A DNA stretch of 64,000 bases from an uncultured Porphyromonadaceae bacterium (GTDB lineage: Bacteria > Bacteroidota > Bacteroidia > Bacteroidales > Muribaculaceae), in contig CAMWNI010000005.1 in the NCBI GenBank assembly GCA_947175545.1, positions 4,323-68,322 on the forward strand. Reading direction: 5' to 3'. Each line of letters begins with the position of its first letter. Position 1 is the first letter of the stretch. Of this stretch, positions 21,842-33,400 are shown one piece after another. The notes under the pieces were generated by a model. The model worked only from the letters and a program-made list of their open reading frames with translations, was not told the origin of the DNA and did no database searches. The position numbers were made by a program, and so were the translations under genes.

Positions 21842-21880
21842 CCCCGTTCTCCAATATTTGTTAACGCCGGAGAACGGGGG
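21842..21880 (-). repeat. Palindromic element copy B (11-bp stem, 16-nt loop); likely also the polA terminator hairpin
   Basis: The minus strand reads CCCCCGTTCTCC-GGCGTTAACAAATATT-GGAGAACGGGG. It lies 8 nt downstream of the polA stop. Confidence 0.6.
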
Positions 21881-21887
21881 CCTGAGA

Positions 21888-24599
21888 TTAATGCGCATCG
21901 AGCCAGTTTTCCGCAACTCCGCTTGAAACCGTCAGAGCCACCCGTCCTTGATAGGCGGCCTGCATTTCGCTCTCGACAAGGGTCTGAAGCGCGGGTAATT
22001 CGTCAGGCACTACGTTGAAAATCAGTTCGTCATGAACCTGCATAATCATGCGTGACTTCATGCCTGACGCCTGCATCGCCGCATAGATGCGGACCATTGC
22101 CGCCTTGATTATGTCGGCGGCAGAACCCTGAAGCGGAGCATTGATTGCATTGCGCTCGGCATAGCCACGCACAACGGCGTTGCGCGAGTTGATGTCAGGC
22201 AGCATGCGTCGGCGCCCCATAACAGTAGAGACATAGCCTTTTTCGCGCGCATGGGATACTGTGTCGGTCATATAGGCCTTGACTCTGGGATAAGAGCGGA
22301 AGTATCCCTCAATCAACTGTTTGGCCTCCTGACGGCTGATGCCGAGTCGTTCCGACAGGCCGAAGGCGCTGATTCCGTAGATAATTCCGAAGTTGGCGGT
22401 CTTGGCTGCGCGCCGTTGGTCGTCAGTCACTTCGTTGATGTCTAAGTGGTTAATCTTGGCGGCTGTGGCGCGATGGATATCCTCGCCGTTGGCAAACGCC
22501 TCAATCATGTCCTCATCTCCTGAAATGTCAGCCATCAGGCGCAACTCAATCTGAGAATAGTCAGCCGAGAGGAGCAGGCATCCGGAATCGGCGATGAACG
22601 CGCGGCGAATTTCCTTGCCGTCGTCCGTGCGCACGGGGATATTCTGAAGGTTCGGATTGTTTGAACTCAGGCGTCCGGTTGCCGTGCCGGTCTGGTTATA
22701 GGTTGTGTGAATCCGTCCCGTCTGAGGGTTGACAAGGGCAGGCAGGGCGTTGATGTAGGTCGCAAGCAGCTTACGCAAACCGCGTATTTTAAGGATGATG
22801 TTGACCAGCGGAACTGTTGCTTTATACTTTTCAAGCACTTCTTCGGTCGTTGAATAGCCTCCGGTCTTTGTGCGTTTGACTTTGGTGTCGATTTTCAGTT
22901 CGCCGAAGAGAACCTGACCAACCTGGGCCGGCGAGGATATGTTGAACGGATGTCCGGCGATTTCAAACGCCTGACGCTCCAGTTCGGCACACCGTTCGGA
23001 CAGTTTGCCGCTCATTTCGTGGAGAATCATCGAGTCGATGCGTACGCCGGTCCATTCCATGTCGGCCAGCACAATGACGAGGCTCTGCTCAAGCTCATCA
23101 AGGGCCTCGGCATTCTCGCTGCTGATTGCCTGACGCAGCGGTTCGTAGAGCCTGAGGGTAATGTCGGCCGCCTCGCAGACCGTATTGACCATGCGTTCTG
23201 GCGGGATCGCACCATATTTCTTCGCGCGTGACGGATCGTCGAAGTCCAGCGTCCGGTAGCCGTCAAGACGTTCGGCGGCAACGTCGGCAAGCAGATGTCG
23301 ATATTCCGGCTGGAGCAGGTAGTGGGCAACTGCCGTATCGTAATGTCCGGCCGCCCAGTCAATTCCCTCGCGGCGCAGCAAAAGAATGTCGCGCTTCAGA
23401 TCATGCGAGACAACGGTCAGCTCCGGACGCGCAAGCAGCGGTTTCAGTTCGGCGAGGCGCTCCTGCGGAATCCAGACAGCCCGTTTCGGAGCAACGGCGA
23501 CGGCCGCTCCGTGAATCCGGGCCGTCATCGGTTCGGGACCGACGGCATAGACCGTCAGGCCGATTATTGGCGCCGTCATAGCCTCGGAAAGCACCTCGGC
23601 GGCATCAGTGCTGTAATCTTCCGTCAGGCTCGGCCCAAGGTCCGCAGGTTCCGCGCCGTCCATGTCGAAAAGCGAACCCATGCCGTCGTTTGGCGTTGAG
23701 GCCACTTCCTTGGCCTCCTTTGCCGCAGCAGAGGGGAGTCTGAGCAGGAACGATTTGAACTCCAGTTCCTCGTAGACCTCGCGTAGCGCTTGATAGTCAG
23801 GTTCGCAGCGGCGCAGGTCGTCAGGGCCGACGGGCAATTTCAAGTCCGTACGGATCGTTGCCAGGTCCTTGCTCAGCAGAATCAGGTCGCGGTTGTCGCG
23901 CACCTTCTCCTTCAGCGCACCTTTGATTTCGTCGACATGGTCAAGCATGTTTTCAACCGATCCGAACTGCATTATGAGTTTGACAGCGGTCTTCTCGCCG
24001 ACGCCGGGACAGCCGGGAATATTGTCGCTGACGTCGCCTTCGAGCGCCAGCAGGTCAATCACCTGTCCGGGGGAATCAATGCCATAACGCTCGCAGACCT
24101 GCTGCGGCCCTCTGACTTCGAATCCCTGGCCTTTCAGTGCCGGGCGATACATGAACACGTTGTCCGTCACCAGCTGACCGTAGTCCTTGTCGGGGGTCAT
24201 CATATAGGTTGTATATCCCTCGGCGGCAGCCTGATGGGCCAGCGAACCGATAACGTCGTCGGCTTCGTACTGCGGCAGTTCGACAACGGGGATGCACATT
24301 GCCTTCAGAACCTTTTTGATGTAGGGAATGGCAATGGTGATGTCTTCCGGCTGTTTCTCGCGCTTGGCTTTGTAGTCGGGAAACATTTCGTGGCGGAATG
24401 TCTGTCCGCCGGGCGGGTCAAAGCAGACTGCCAGATGGGTCGGCGACTCTTTTTTCAGCAGGTCGTCAAGCGTGTTGATGAAGCCGAAGATGGCCGAGGT
24501 GTTCAGTCCCTTCGACGTTACCCGCGGATTGCGGAAGAGCGCGTAGTAGGCGCGATAGATCAGCGCGTAGGCGTCAAGCAGAAAAAGTTTACGTTCCAT
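21888..24599 (-). CDS. polA: DNA polymerase I
   Basis: 903 aa with a 5'-nuclease N-terminus (LLDAYALIYRAYYA), a 3'-5' exo-like middle, and Pol A motifs (DYSQIELRL, RRAAKTANFGIIYG, QVHDEL). Confidence 0.95.
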   Translation of the reverse strand: MERKLFLLDAYALIYRAYYALFRNPRVTSKGLNTSAIFGFINTLDDLLKKESPTHLAVCFDPPGGQTFRHEMFPDYKAKREKQPEDITIAIPYIKKVLKAMCIPVVELPQYEADDVIGSLAHQAAAEGYTTYMMTPDKDYGQLVTDNVFMYRPALKGQGFEVRGPQQVCERYGIDSPGQVIDLLALEGDVSDNIPGCPGVGEKTAVKLIMQFGSVENMLDHVDEIKGALKEKVRDNRDLILLSKDLATIRTDLKLPVGPDDLRRCEPDYQALREVYEELEFKSFLLRLPSAAAKEAKEVASTPNDGMGSLFDMDGAEPADLGPSLTEDYSTDAAEVLSEAMTAPIIGLTVYAVGPEPMTARIHGAAVAVAPKRAVWIPQERLAELKPLLARPELTVVSHDLKRDILLLRREGIDWAAGHYDTAVAHYLLQPEYRHLLADVAAERLDGYRTLDFDDPSRAKKYGAIPPERMVNTVCEAADITLRLYEPLRQAISSENAEALDELEQSLVIVLADMEWTGVRIDSMILHEMSGKLSERCAELERQAFEIAGHPFNISSPAQVGQVLFGELKIDTKVKRTKTGGYSTTEEVLEKYKATVPLVNIILKIRGLRKLLATYINALPALVNPQTGRIHTTYNQTGTATGRLSSNNPNLQNIPVRTDDGKEIRRAFIADSGCLLLSADYSQIELRLMADISGDEDMIEAFANGEDIHRATAAKINHLDINEVTDDQRRAAKTANFGIIYGISAFGLSERLGISRQEAKQLIEGYFRSYPRVKAYMTDTVSHAREKGYVSTVMGRRRMLPDINSRNAVVRGYAERNAINAPLQGSAADIIKAAMVRIYAAMQASGMKSRMIMQVHDELIFNVVPDELPALQTLVESEMQAAYQGRVALTVSSGVAENWLDAH

Positions 24600-24617
24600 A
24601 AGGTCAAAAAAAGAGTG

Positions 24618-26435
24618 TTAGTTCTGGACAAGTACCTGCATTTGGCAGCCGGCACAGTCAAAGTGGAGCCGAAGCGGGCGTGGCGCGCCAACGAGAGTAA
24701 GCGGTTCGGGCCATTCGCGTCCCTGCGGCGTCAGCAGGCAGCGTCCAAGTTCGCGCCGCAGGCAGTAGCGCATGGTCATGGCCGCAGAAGGCGTGCCGCC
24801 GCGTTCGGGCGCAGGGGCGATTGGTCCGGTGACGCCGTGGGCGCGCATGACCGCCTCGGCCAGCGGATTGGCAACATTAGCCTCGGCGGCCAGTGAGGAG
24901 CCTTCGGGCCAGAGGGCGTCAGGCCGCTCGGGCGCACGCAGCGGACGCTCCATCCGGCATGCGATTTCAGCCTGCAATGCGTCGGTCAGTGAGCGGCGCA
25001 GGCGCGTAAGGACCGACGCCGGAATAAATTCGCGTCCCAGGCGGTCATCGAGATTGCGCAGGGTAAAAGGCGTGTCGCCGAGTTTGCCGATAACCTTACG
25101 TCGGGCCTCAAGCTGCGGCGTGCGGGCTTCGTCAGTGTGTGAGAAGTCGATTGTCGCCGATGCGCTGCCGGCGGCTTCGAGAATCAGCATCATGCCGCTG
25201 CGGCGAAGCGTCAGGTCCAGCGGAATCCGGCGTTCGGCGGTGTTTGATGCAAGTAGCGTGTCGGCAAAACGTTTGTCGGCGTTGCGGCGCAGAGCGACTC
25301 CGGGTTTCAGTCCCTCCGGAGCCAGATTGCCCGCGCAGATGATTGTGCGCGGCGGCTCAAAACGGTTAACGCGGAAGCCGACCGTGCGGTCGCGAAACCG
25401 GAAGTTCAGTCCGTCGCCATTGGTCAGTCTTGCCGGCCGTTGCAGTTCAATGCGGTTGCCGCGGATCGACTGCACGGTGCCGATTTCGGCGCCAAGGCTC
25501 TTGGGCGAGTCTGGAGCGGCAACGCCTGTTGCCTTTATGTCATAGAGAAAATGAGAGGTGAAGCCGCGGTTGAACGACCGGCTGACGTCGGGTGTGAACG
25601 TGCGTTCGACCTCGCCGAGCGATGTGCGGCTGACGCCGAGCGAACGCAATTTGCGGTCATAGGCGCTGACAACGTTCTTTACATATTGTTCGTCTTTCAG
25701 TCGGCCCTCGATTTTCAGCGATGACACTCCGGCCTCAATCATTGCTCCGAGGTCGTCAAGGCGGTTCAGATCGTGGAGCGAGAGCAGGTGTTTGCCCTTG
25801 GCAAGTATACGTCCGCGTCCGTCAACAAGGTCGTAGGGCAGGCGGCATATCTGGGCGCACTCGCCCCGGTTTGCCGACCGGCCGCCGCATTGCAGCGATG
25901 CGTAACATTGGCCGCTGTAACTGACACAGAGCGCGCCGTGGACAAACCCTTCGAGCGGCACCGTCGTTGCCGCGCGGACGGCGCGAATCTCTTCCAGGGT
26001 CATTTCGCGCGGAAGCACAATCTGGCTGAATCCGAGGTCCTGGAAAAAGCGGGCTTTTTCCGGGGTGCGGATGTCACACTGGGTTGACGCGTGGAGAGCA
26101 ATCGGCGGCAGATCAAGGCGCAGAAGCGCGAGGTCCTGGACAATCAGGGCATCTACTCCGACGCGATAGAGTTGACGGATAAGGCGCTCAACATCTTGAA
26201 GTTCGCCGGGGTAGACAAGGGTGTTGACCGTTACGTAGACCCGCGCACCGAATCGGTGGGCATAGTCGCAGACGGCGGCGATGGATTCCGGCGAGTTGCC
26301 TGCTGCGGCGCGGGCGCCATGGCTCGATGCGCCGATGTAGACGGCGTCTGCTCCATGATTTATAGCGCAGACGGCCACGGACGCATCCTTGGCCGGCGCC
26401 AGGAGTTCAATCGAATATTTCGGGGTCCGGGACAT
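24618..26435 (-). CDS. U32-family peptidase (long form with C-terminal extension)
   Basis: Start chosen at MSRTPKYSIELLAPA. U32 N-terminal barrel pattern (ELLAPA..........GADAVY.G). Overlaps the upstream gene end by 29 nt. Confidence 0.8.
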   Translation of the reverse strand: MSRTPKYSIELLAPAKDASVAVCAINHGADAVYIGASSHGARAAAGNSPESIAAVCDYAHRFGARVYVTVNTLVYPGELQDVERLIRQLYRVGVDALIVQDLALLRLDLPPIALHASTQCDIRTPEKARFFQDLGFSQIVLPREMTLEEIRAVRAATTVPLEGFVHGALCVSYSGQCYASLQCGGRSANRGECAQICRLPYDLVDGRGRILAKGKHLLSLHDLNRLDDLGAMIEAGVSSLKIEGRLKDEQYVKNVVSAYDRKLRSLGVSRTSLGEVERTFTPDVSRSFNRGFTSHFLYDIKATGVAAPDSPKSLGAEIGTVQSIRGNRIELQRPARLTNGDGLNFRFRDRTVGFRVNRFEPPRTIICAGNLAPEGLKPGVALRRNADKRFADTLLASNTAERRIPLDLTLRRSGMMLILEAAGSASATIDFSHTDEARTPQLEARRKVIGKLGDTPFTLRNLDDRLGREFIPASVLTRLRRSLTDALQAEIACRMERPLRAPERPDALWPEGSSLAAEANVANPLAEAVMRAHGVTGPIAPAPERGGTPSAAMTMRYCLRRELGRCLLTPQGREWPEPLTLVGAPRPLRLHFDCAGCQMQVLVQN

Positions 26436-27075
26436 ATACGGGCGTGCTTGTTGTGTCAATCTGTGATTCAATCTGCTGTTCGAGCCTGAGAAGACGTTTT
26501 TTCTCCTTTTCGAGTTCCTTGATTGTTTTTTTCAATTGTTTGCGACTCTCGGCCGAGGCCGCTCCGGAGGCCGGCGCGACAATGCGTCCGGCGCTATGGA
26601 AGTGCTGGCGGTAATATTTTTCGTTGAGCGAGCTTTCAATGACTCCGCGCGATGTCGACGCATGAATCATCTTGCCTGAGCCGATGTAAATTCCTACGTG
26701 GCTGACGGCTGACGAGCCGGAAGTGGCGAAGAACACGAGGTCGCCCGGGGTAAGTTCCTGTTCGCTGACAGGAAGGGCAAAGTCGCGCTGCTGGGCCGAC
26801 GCGCGCGGCAATTGCAGGCCGTAGACCTCGCCGAAGAGAACCATCACCATTCCGGAACAGTCTGTTCCGGAGCGCGTCTGACCTCCATAGCGGTAAGGGG
26901 TGCCGATCCATTTCCGCGCTTCGCGCACAAGGCGTCCGGTCTGGTCCTCGCTGACCGGAACGGCATGGCTGATGCGCTCCACGTGGCGCACGGGAGTCGC
27001 GATTCGCTTCGACGACGAACATCCGCCGAGAATGAATCCACAAAACAAAAAAAGCCATACGAAGGGGTGCTTCAT
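26407..27075 (-). CDS. NlpC/P60 (C40) cell-wall peptidase lipoprotein with C-terminal coiled-coil tail
   Basis: Lipobox FILGGCSS. Catalytic-Cys context YRYGGQTRSGTDCSGMV, and H in SHVGIYIG. Confidence 0.85.
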   Translation of the reverse strand: MKHPFVWLFLFCGFILGGCSSSKRIATPVRHVERISHAVPVSEDQTGRLVREARKWIGTPYRYGGQTRSGTDCSGMVMVLFGEVYGLQLPRASAQQRDFALPVSEQELTPGDLVFFATSGSSAVSHVGIYIGSGKMIHASTSRGVIESSLNEKYYRQHFHSAGRIVAPASGAASAESRKQLKKTIKELEKEKKRLLRLEQQIESQIDTTSTPVYVPDPEIFD

Positions 27076-27079
27076 ACGG

Positions 27080-27087
27080 CAAAGTTA
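27080..27087 (-). promoter_or_regulatory. -7 box TAACTTTG only 4 nt upstream of the NlpC/P60 ATG
   Basis: Exact TAnnTTTG match on the minus strand. The spacing implies a leaderless or near-leaderless mRNA. Confidence 0.4.
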
Positions 27088-27103
27088 CGAAAAATATTTG
27101 AAA

Positions 27104-27397
27104 TCAGTTGTGCTGGAGATGCGTGAGAAGATCGTCGGCCTGGTGGAGGCCCGAGCCGCGCCACCGGACTTCGCCGTTGCGGAACACGATGAGGGTAGGA
27201 ACGGACTGAATCCGATACTTTTGCGCGAGTTCTTCGTTGCGGTCAACGTCAATCTTGATAATATTGGCGCTGTCACCAACCTTTGTCTTTAATTGCTCAA
27301 GAATGGGGGACTGCATTTTGCAAGGCCCACACCAGGTTGCGTAGAAGTCAACGAGAGTCGGTTTGTCACTGTTTATGAGTTTTTCAAAATCTTCCAT
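27104..27397 (-). CDS. trxA: Thioredoxin
   Basis: 97 aa with the WCGPC active site. Confidence 0.9.
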   Translation of the reverse strand: MEDFEKLINSDKPTLVDFYATWCGPCKMQSPILEQLKTKVGDSANIIKIDVDRNEELAQKYRIQSVPTLIVFRNGEVRWRGSGLHQADDLLTHLQHN

Positions 27398-27432
27398 AGT
27401 TTTCGTCGGTTAGTCTTGGTTGTTGTTTTTCT

Positions 27433-27473
27433 AAAAAGAAAACAAGCGAAACCCGGTTGAGGTTCCGCCTGTT
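27433..27473 (-). terminator. Intrinsic terminator after the M60-like gene
   Basis: Minus strand: AACAGGCGGAACC...GGGTTTCGCTTGTT imperfect stem followed by TTCTTTTT. Confidence 0.55.
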
Positions 27474-27495
27474 TTTGTTAAATAGTCTTAATTGG

Positions 27496-30400
27496 TCAGC
27501 GGACAAGGGTTTTCTTGCCGTTGATAATGTATATGCCGGGGGAACTGATGCGGCTGATGCGTAAGCCCTGGAGGTTGTAGATAACGGTCTCGCCCTTGGT
27601 GCTTTCGATTTCGTCAATCATCGTTGGCGTGGACGGATTGTTTTTGATTGCGAGCAGGGCCTGATAGTGAGGCAGAAGGGCATCGTAAGAGGCATCGAAG
27701 TTCGAATGGTCGGCGCGCGAGGCGTTGATAACGACTTCCGAGTTGTGGATCTGGCGGATTGCTGCTTCCAGTGTCTCGGCGTTGGCGTCAGGCCATGATT
27801 CTGTGTCCGGTTCCGATTCAACGTCATATTCGCAGAGAACAAATTCGCTGACGGCAAAGTAGTCGTGGCCGTTGCTGGTGCCTCTGTTGGTGCTATTGGC
27901 GTTTTGCCGGCTCTTTGAAACGGTAAAGCGCACAAACTGAGTTCCGGCCGGAACGCTGAAGGTTTCGGACTCGAAGGATGTGTTGTGGGTTAGCGGCAGC
28001 AGATTGTCAAGTTCGCGGGCAACAGTCCAGGTTTCGCCGTCGGCCGAGTATTCGATTATTGCTTCAGCGGGCGCGAATGTGTTACTGTTGTGGTTGCGGG
28101 TCGTGTAGGTCAGGAGCATGTCGGTTTCGGTAGCCGTTGTCGGTTCCTGAAGACGAATCTGGATGTGGTGGTCGTTGCCGTCAGTAGTGTTGCTGTTGTA
28201 AGTGCTGTGGAAGAACGTGTTCGGATTGTTGTCAAACAGGACTTCCCATGACGACAGATGGTCACTTGTGTTCTGACCGGTATATTCGGCATTTGTGCTG
28301 TACTGGTCGGCTGACACTGACAGAGGAATCACGTTCTCGGTGTTTTCACCCAGTTCTGCGGCGAGGGCGCGGGTCTGTGCGATGAGTTCGCGCAGACGCT
28401 CTATGTTGCGGTTCATTGCATTGAGCAGAGTGGTGTAGGCTTCCGTCAGGCTGTTGATTGCCTCGGTGCGCTCAGGGTTGGTTGCGCCGGGGTTTGCGAT
28501 AGTCAGTTTTGCGGCTTCGATGTTGTTATAGACGTCCATCAACATTTCCGGCTCGACGAAGGTGAATTTTTCGACCGGCGTAGCGCTTTCAGCAACGTTG
28601 AAGGCTTTCGAGAGGCGAAGTTCCGAGATTACGAAGTAGTTATGACCTGCCTTAGAGTCATCTGGATTCGCGTGATTGACCATGAAGCGGATATATTTCG
28701 CATCTTCCGTCAGTGAGCAGGGGTCAAGAGCCTGGTCGGTCGAGAATGCGGTTGTCAGTCCGGACGTGATATTGGCGACATCGGTCCATGTTTCGCCGTC
28801 GGGGCTGCACGCAAGTGTTACGTCTCTTGGAGAGAATACCTGAGCGTTAGCCTTCTGGTAGCGGGTGCGGTAGCCGAGAACGAACTGATTGAAGAAACCG
28901 CAGTTTTCGGGAATCCGGATGCTGATGTAGTGGTTCAGTCCGTCAGTGGTTCCTTCGTCGGAGTAGTCGCTGTGGAAAATTGTCTGGGCATCATCGTCGA
29001 ACAAGTAGCTCCATGTCTCGTCTGTGAAACCGTCGCCCCACTGGGTAACCTTACAGGGTGCGTTGGTGAAGAGGTCGTCGGGGGTGATGTCGACGGGTTC
29101 GGTACGGATTGTGGACTCCACGGTGCCGGCCTCCGGAAGCAGGGCTTCGGCCTTCGCAATGATGTCGTTGAGGGCGAAAATCAGCGATTTTGATTCGGAA
29201 TCGTCGGCAAGTTCAAGTGTCCAGAGCGAAGCGGAAGCATTTGGCTCCCAGCGGACAATGCGGCCGTTGTTGTCAGCATGGATGGCATTATGGGCTGCGT
29301 CCGAGTTGGCAACGACAGCAACGAACTTCAGAGACAGGGGCTGGATTGTCCACGACTGTTCCGGCTCGGAAGTCAGCGGCATAGCGCTGTTGTCAGCATC
29401 TGCGAGTTTGAGATACTTATGGTTGCTGACGTTCTGAATGAAGAATGAGCCGTTTTCGTCGGCCGGAATGAAGTACCACTGCTGCAATTCATCGTTTTTG
29501 TTGACATTCTCAGCAACTGCAACCGGCACGGCATTATTGTTGTTGTCGCCGGTTCTCACACCGTAGATGCCTTTCAGCTGGTTGGCGGTGAAGGAGTAGA
29601 TATTGTTCGGGACAATGTTGATGATGTTTTCGGCCGACGGAGTAATCGTTTCAACCGCGAGAACTTCCGGATTCAGCAGGTCGTAGAGTTCAGTGGCGTT
29701 TTCCTCAGTGATTTCGTTGTTGTCGAACTTGGCCTTGACTTCATCGCGGGCGGCGATAAGAGCGTCGGCCACTTCGGGTTTCAGGTAGCCAACCTTGGTT
29801 GAAGTGGGGTCGACATTGGACAGCAGGTCCTCGGCGCGTTCAAGCAGGTCGGCGATAATGGTCAGCCGTGATTCAAGGCTGCCCTCGCGCACTGCGTCGC
29901 GCACGGGAACCTCCACGTTGTTGCTCTGGATAACGCTGAAGGAAGCTTTGCCTTCGGCGATTTTCTTGGCTGTTTCGGCCGATACTTCAAAAGTCTTTTC
30001 GTTGGAAAAGCCAATCAGTTTGCCTTCCTCGTCGTAGATCAGGAAGCCGACGCCACCGGTTCCGTCGCCTCCGACGGTCACAGCTGTTCCGCTGACGGAG
30101 AATTCGTATTCGCCGGAAACCGCGTCACGGCCTTCGATGAAGTCATTCAGACCGCCCATTTCGCCGGCATCAGCGGGACGACACCAGTCGGCATAAGCCT
30201 GTTTGGTTGAGCCGACACGGTCATCAATGAATATGACCGCATTATTCTTTTCCCATCCGTTTTCTTCCGCCATTTGCTTGATGTCGGCTTTCCATTCGGC
30301 AATGTCCTCTGCCGAGAGGTAAGAGGTGTAGGACGTGTAGTCGCCGATGTAGAAGCCGTCCTGTTCGACAAAGAAGCCCCAGGCTTCAAAGAAGTCGGTC

Positions 30401-33400
30401 AGATCCTCGCCGGCGGCGATGCAACACATCTTGGCGAAGTGCAGCAGGTCGTCTTTCGCGTTAAGATGTTCAGTGCTGTTCTTTTGAAGCGGATTTTCGC
30501 GTAGCAGTTCGTAGAGGCGGGGATAGAACTTTTTGTTGTTTCCGGCAGCATGGTAGTAGAGCCAGAGCTGGAACCACATGCGGGTTGTTCCCCACGTGTC
30601 ATGCTGGTGGAAGTTATAGCCGCGGTTGAAGAAGTCGCGCTGGACCGATGGGAGTGACGCACGCGATGAGTTCACGCCGCGATAGAAGAGGGCTACGTTT
30701 GAGAACACGTTATTACTTTCTTCGGAGGTGCCGGCGATTTTCATCGGGCCTTGGTTCAGGTGGCCGAATTCGTGGGCGGGACCCCAGAGGTCCATCGTCG
30801 GGAACTGCATGATGATGGAGCGGAGGGTTGATATGTTGTAGGTTGAGCGATACCACGTTGCGCTCATGAAACCTTCGGTGCTTGAAATGCCCATCAGGCG
30901 ATTGTTGAAGTAGAGAGAATAGTCACTGGGAGCAACTTCATCGCCTTCGAGCGTGTCATACCAGTCGCGGCCGGCGGCCTTTTCGGCGAGGATGACGTCG
31001 TCGCTCATGAGACCCATTATGAGCATTTCGGCGACAAACATTTCGTCCCAAGCCCTCAGAGTGGCAATCAGGTCGAAGTTTCCGGCGTTATATTCGTCGC
31101 GTGTCAGCAGATTCTTCAGACAGGGATTTGAGTTGCCCTCAACGTCGAAGAAGTGCATATAGAGCAGGCAGTACTTCGAGATTATGCTGAAGCGGGGATG
31201 ACGCGCGCGTTCGCGGTAGTAGAACCAGTCCTCATTTGTGTCAGGAGTGTAGAGCGCGTCGCCTTCAGCGTTGAAGAAGCCGTTGATTGAACCGCCTTCG
31301 ACGTGAATTTTGATGTCGTCATAGTCCGTCAGCGGATGTAGGCGGGTGCGGCCGGAGTTGGTGTTCACGACGTAGTAAACAACCATTTCGGCGCAGTCTT
31401 CATTACATTGAATGATGTTCAGACCCTCCGTAAGTTCCGTTCCGTCGTTGACAACGTTGAGTTTGTTGACGCTTGATTCGAAGGTTCGCGGCGCGATATA
31501 GAGTGTGGAGCCTTCAGGGGCGCCTTTTTCGACCATGACGTATAGGGTCGTGCCGTTGTCAGAGAGGATGCCCGTCGGGTTGTTGAAGTTGGTGTAGGCC
31601 TGGATGCAGGTCATTCCGGTAATGCCGTCGCAGTTTGAGTAAGGTTCGACCATCTGGACGCGGAATTTCCGGGCATGTTCGCTGTCCCATTGAATTTCGG
31701 CGTTGACGGGGTCGGTTTCGGACCAGTCGCCGGTGCGGACTTTCATGACCATCTGCCGGAGAGTGGCCGGTAGCGACTGATAGCGTGCGTCAGCCTCAAT
31801 GTCCTCGGCGCTCATGGCGCTGTATGTGGAGTTGAGTTCGGTGCATGTCTTGTCCGTAAACATTGCGGCGAGTGTTGCCTCTATGTTGTCGGTTTTGACA
31901 TATTCCCATGTCTGACGCTGAGCTTCGATTTCCTCGTCGGTGAAGTTGTTGACCATGGTGAGGGTCCACTGGGTCGGTTTTGCGCTGCTTTCCCATCCGA
32001 CAATGTTATGGTTGCCGTCTTCGTGGGCATAGCCGTAGTTTTTTGCCTCGCCGGTGCTGTTTTTTACGCTAAGAGGCTGTAAAACGACGCCGTTGGCGGC
32101 AATTTCGACGTACATGACGGTTTTGGCCTCGTTCGGTTTGGAGGTATTGACAACTTTCCATTGCGTACTTCTGCCCATTGAACTCTGAAGGACGGAGCCG
32201 GTGTCGAAGTTGCGGAGCATAAATCCGGTCCCGTCGGCGTTCGACTCGACAAGCCAGAGCTGACGCAGGCTATTGTCGTCAGTCTCTTCGCCGATGGCGG
32301 AGTTATTGTTGTTGTGCGAGAGGGAGCGTCCGGTATAGTTTGCATTTGTCAGGCGATAGAGTTTGCCGTCAATGACTTCGGTCAGAGGGGAGTCGGGCCA
32401 GGTCGCTTTTACGGCTTCGATTGCAGCGTCGTCATAATCTTCGATACGTTGCACGGCCCATTTCGAGGCATTTGCGTCACGGTCCCAGGAGTAGAGGCGA
32501 TGCTGGTCGTCCTCATGGGCGAAATTACGCGAAGAGGCCGCGACGCCTTTGGGGCCGATTGCGAACAAGTCCGGCTCCTCGGTCTGAGGTTCAATGGTCA
32601 GCAGCGTTGATGATTCGCAGGGGTATGGCGTGCAGGTCCAGTAGGCCTGTGTTCGCATCGGACTGTTGAGATAGAGGCCGGAAATGAGGTTGCGGAGAAA
32701 GAATCCGGTCCCGTCAGCGTTTGATTCGGTTATCCAGAGCTGAGACTCGTCAGCGGTGTCAGGCGTAATGCATGTGACGTTGCCTTCGCCGTTGACCGCA
32801 TGGAAAGCTCCGCCGCGAAGATTGTTGATAAACTGATAGACGCGGTTGGCGCGGAGCGCGCGCGGATACCAGGCGTCCTGATAGCTTTCGAGGGTTGCAG
32901 CGTCCATGTCAACCAGGGTCAAGGTCCATCGTGAGGCCGAACCCTCAGAGGCGGGTCCCCAGCATTGGAGTTGAGTGCCGGCTGAGCCGTTAGCATGGGC
33001 ATAACCTGCCTGAAGCGGATGCTCATCCGGATTGAAGCCTACAGCCTGAATGGTGTTGTTGTCGTTGAAAATGAACGACATTGAATCTTCATCCGGGCTG
33101 GCGGTTAACGTAGTGGTCCAGCGTGCGCTCGTCTGAATTGGCGATGTCATGTAGTAGCCGTTGGCGAGTCCGCGAAGATAATAGGCAGTCCCGTCAGCGT
33201 TTGAGTGGGCCACCCAAAGCTGGTTCGGGTTTGTTTCGTCAGGGTTCTGAATCGTGATGATTCCGGGAGATTCAGGTGCTTGAATAGCCAGTTGGTTATG
33301 GTGGTTTGTGATTTGGTATACACCACCGTCAACAAGGGTTATCGCCTCCGTGGTCATGGCTGCCGAAGCCACGAGCAGGGATGAAAAAAACAGTTTAAGG

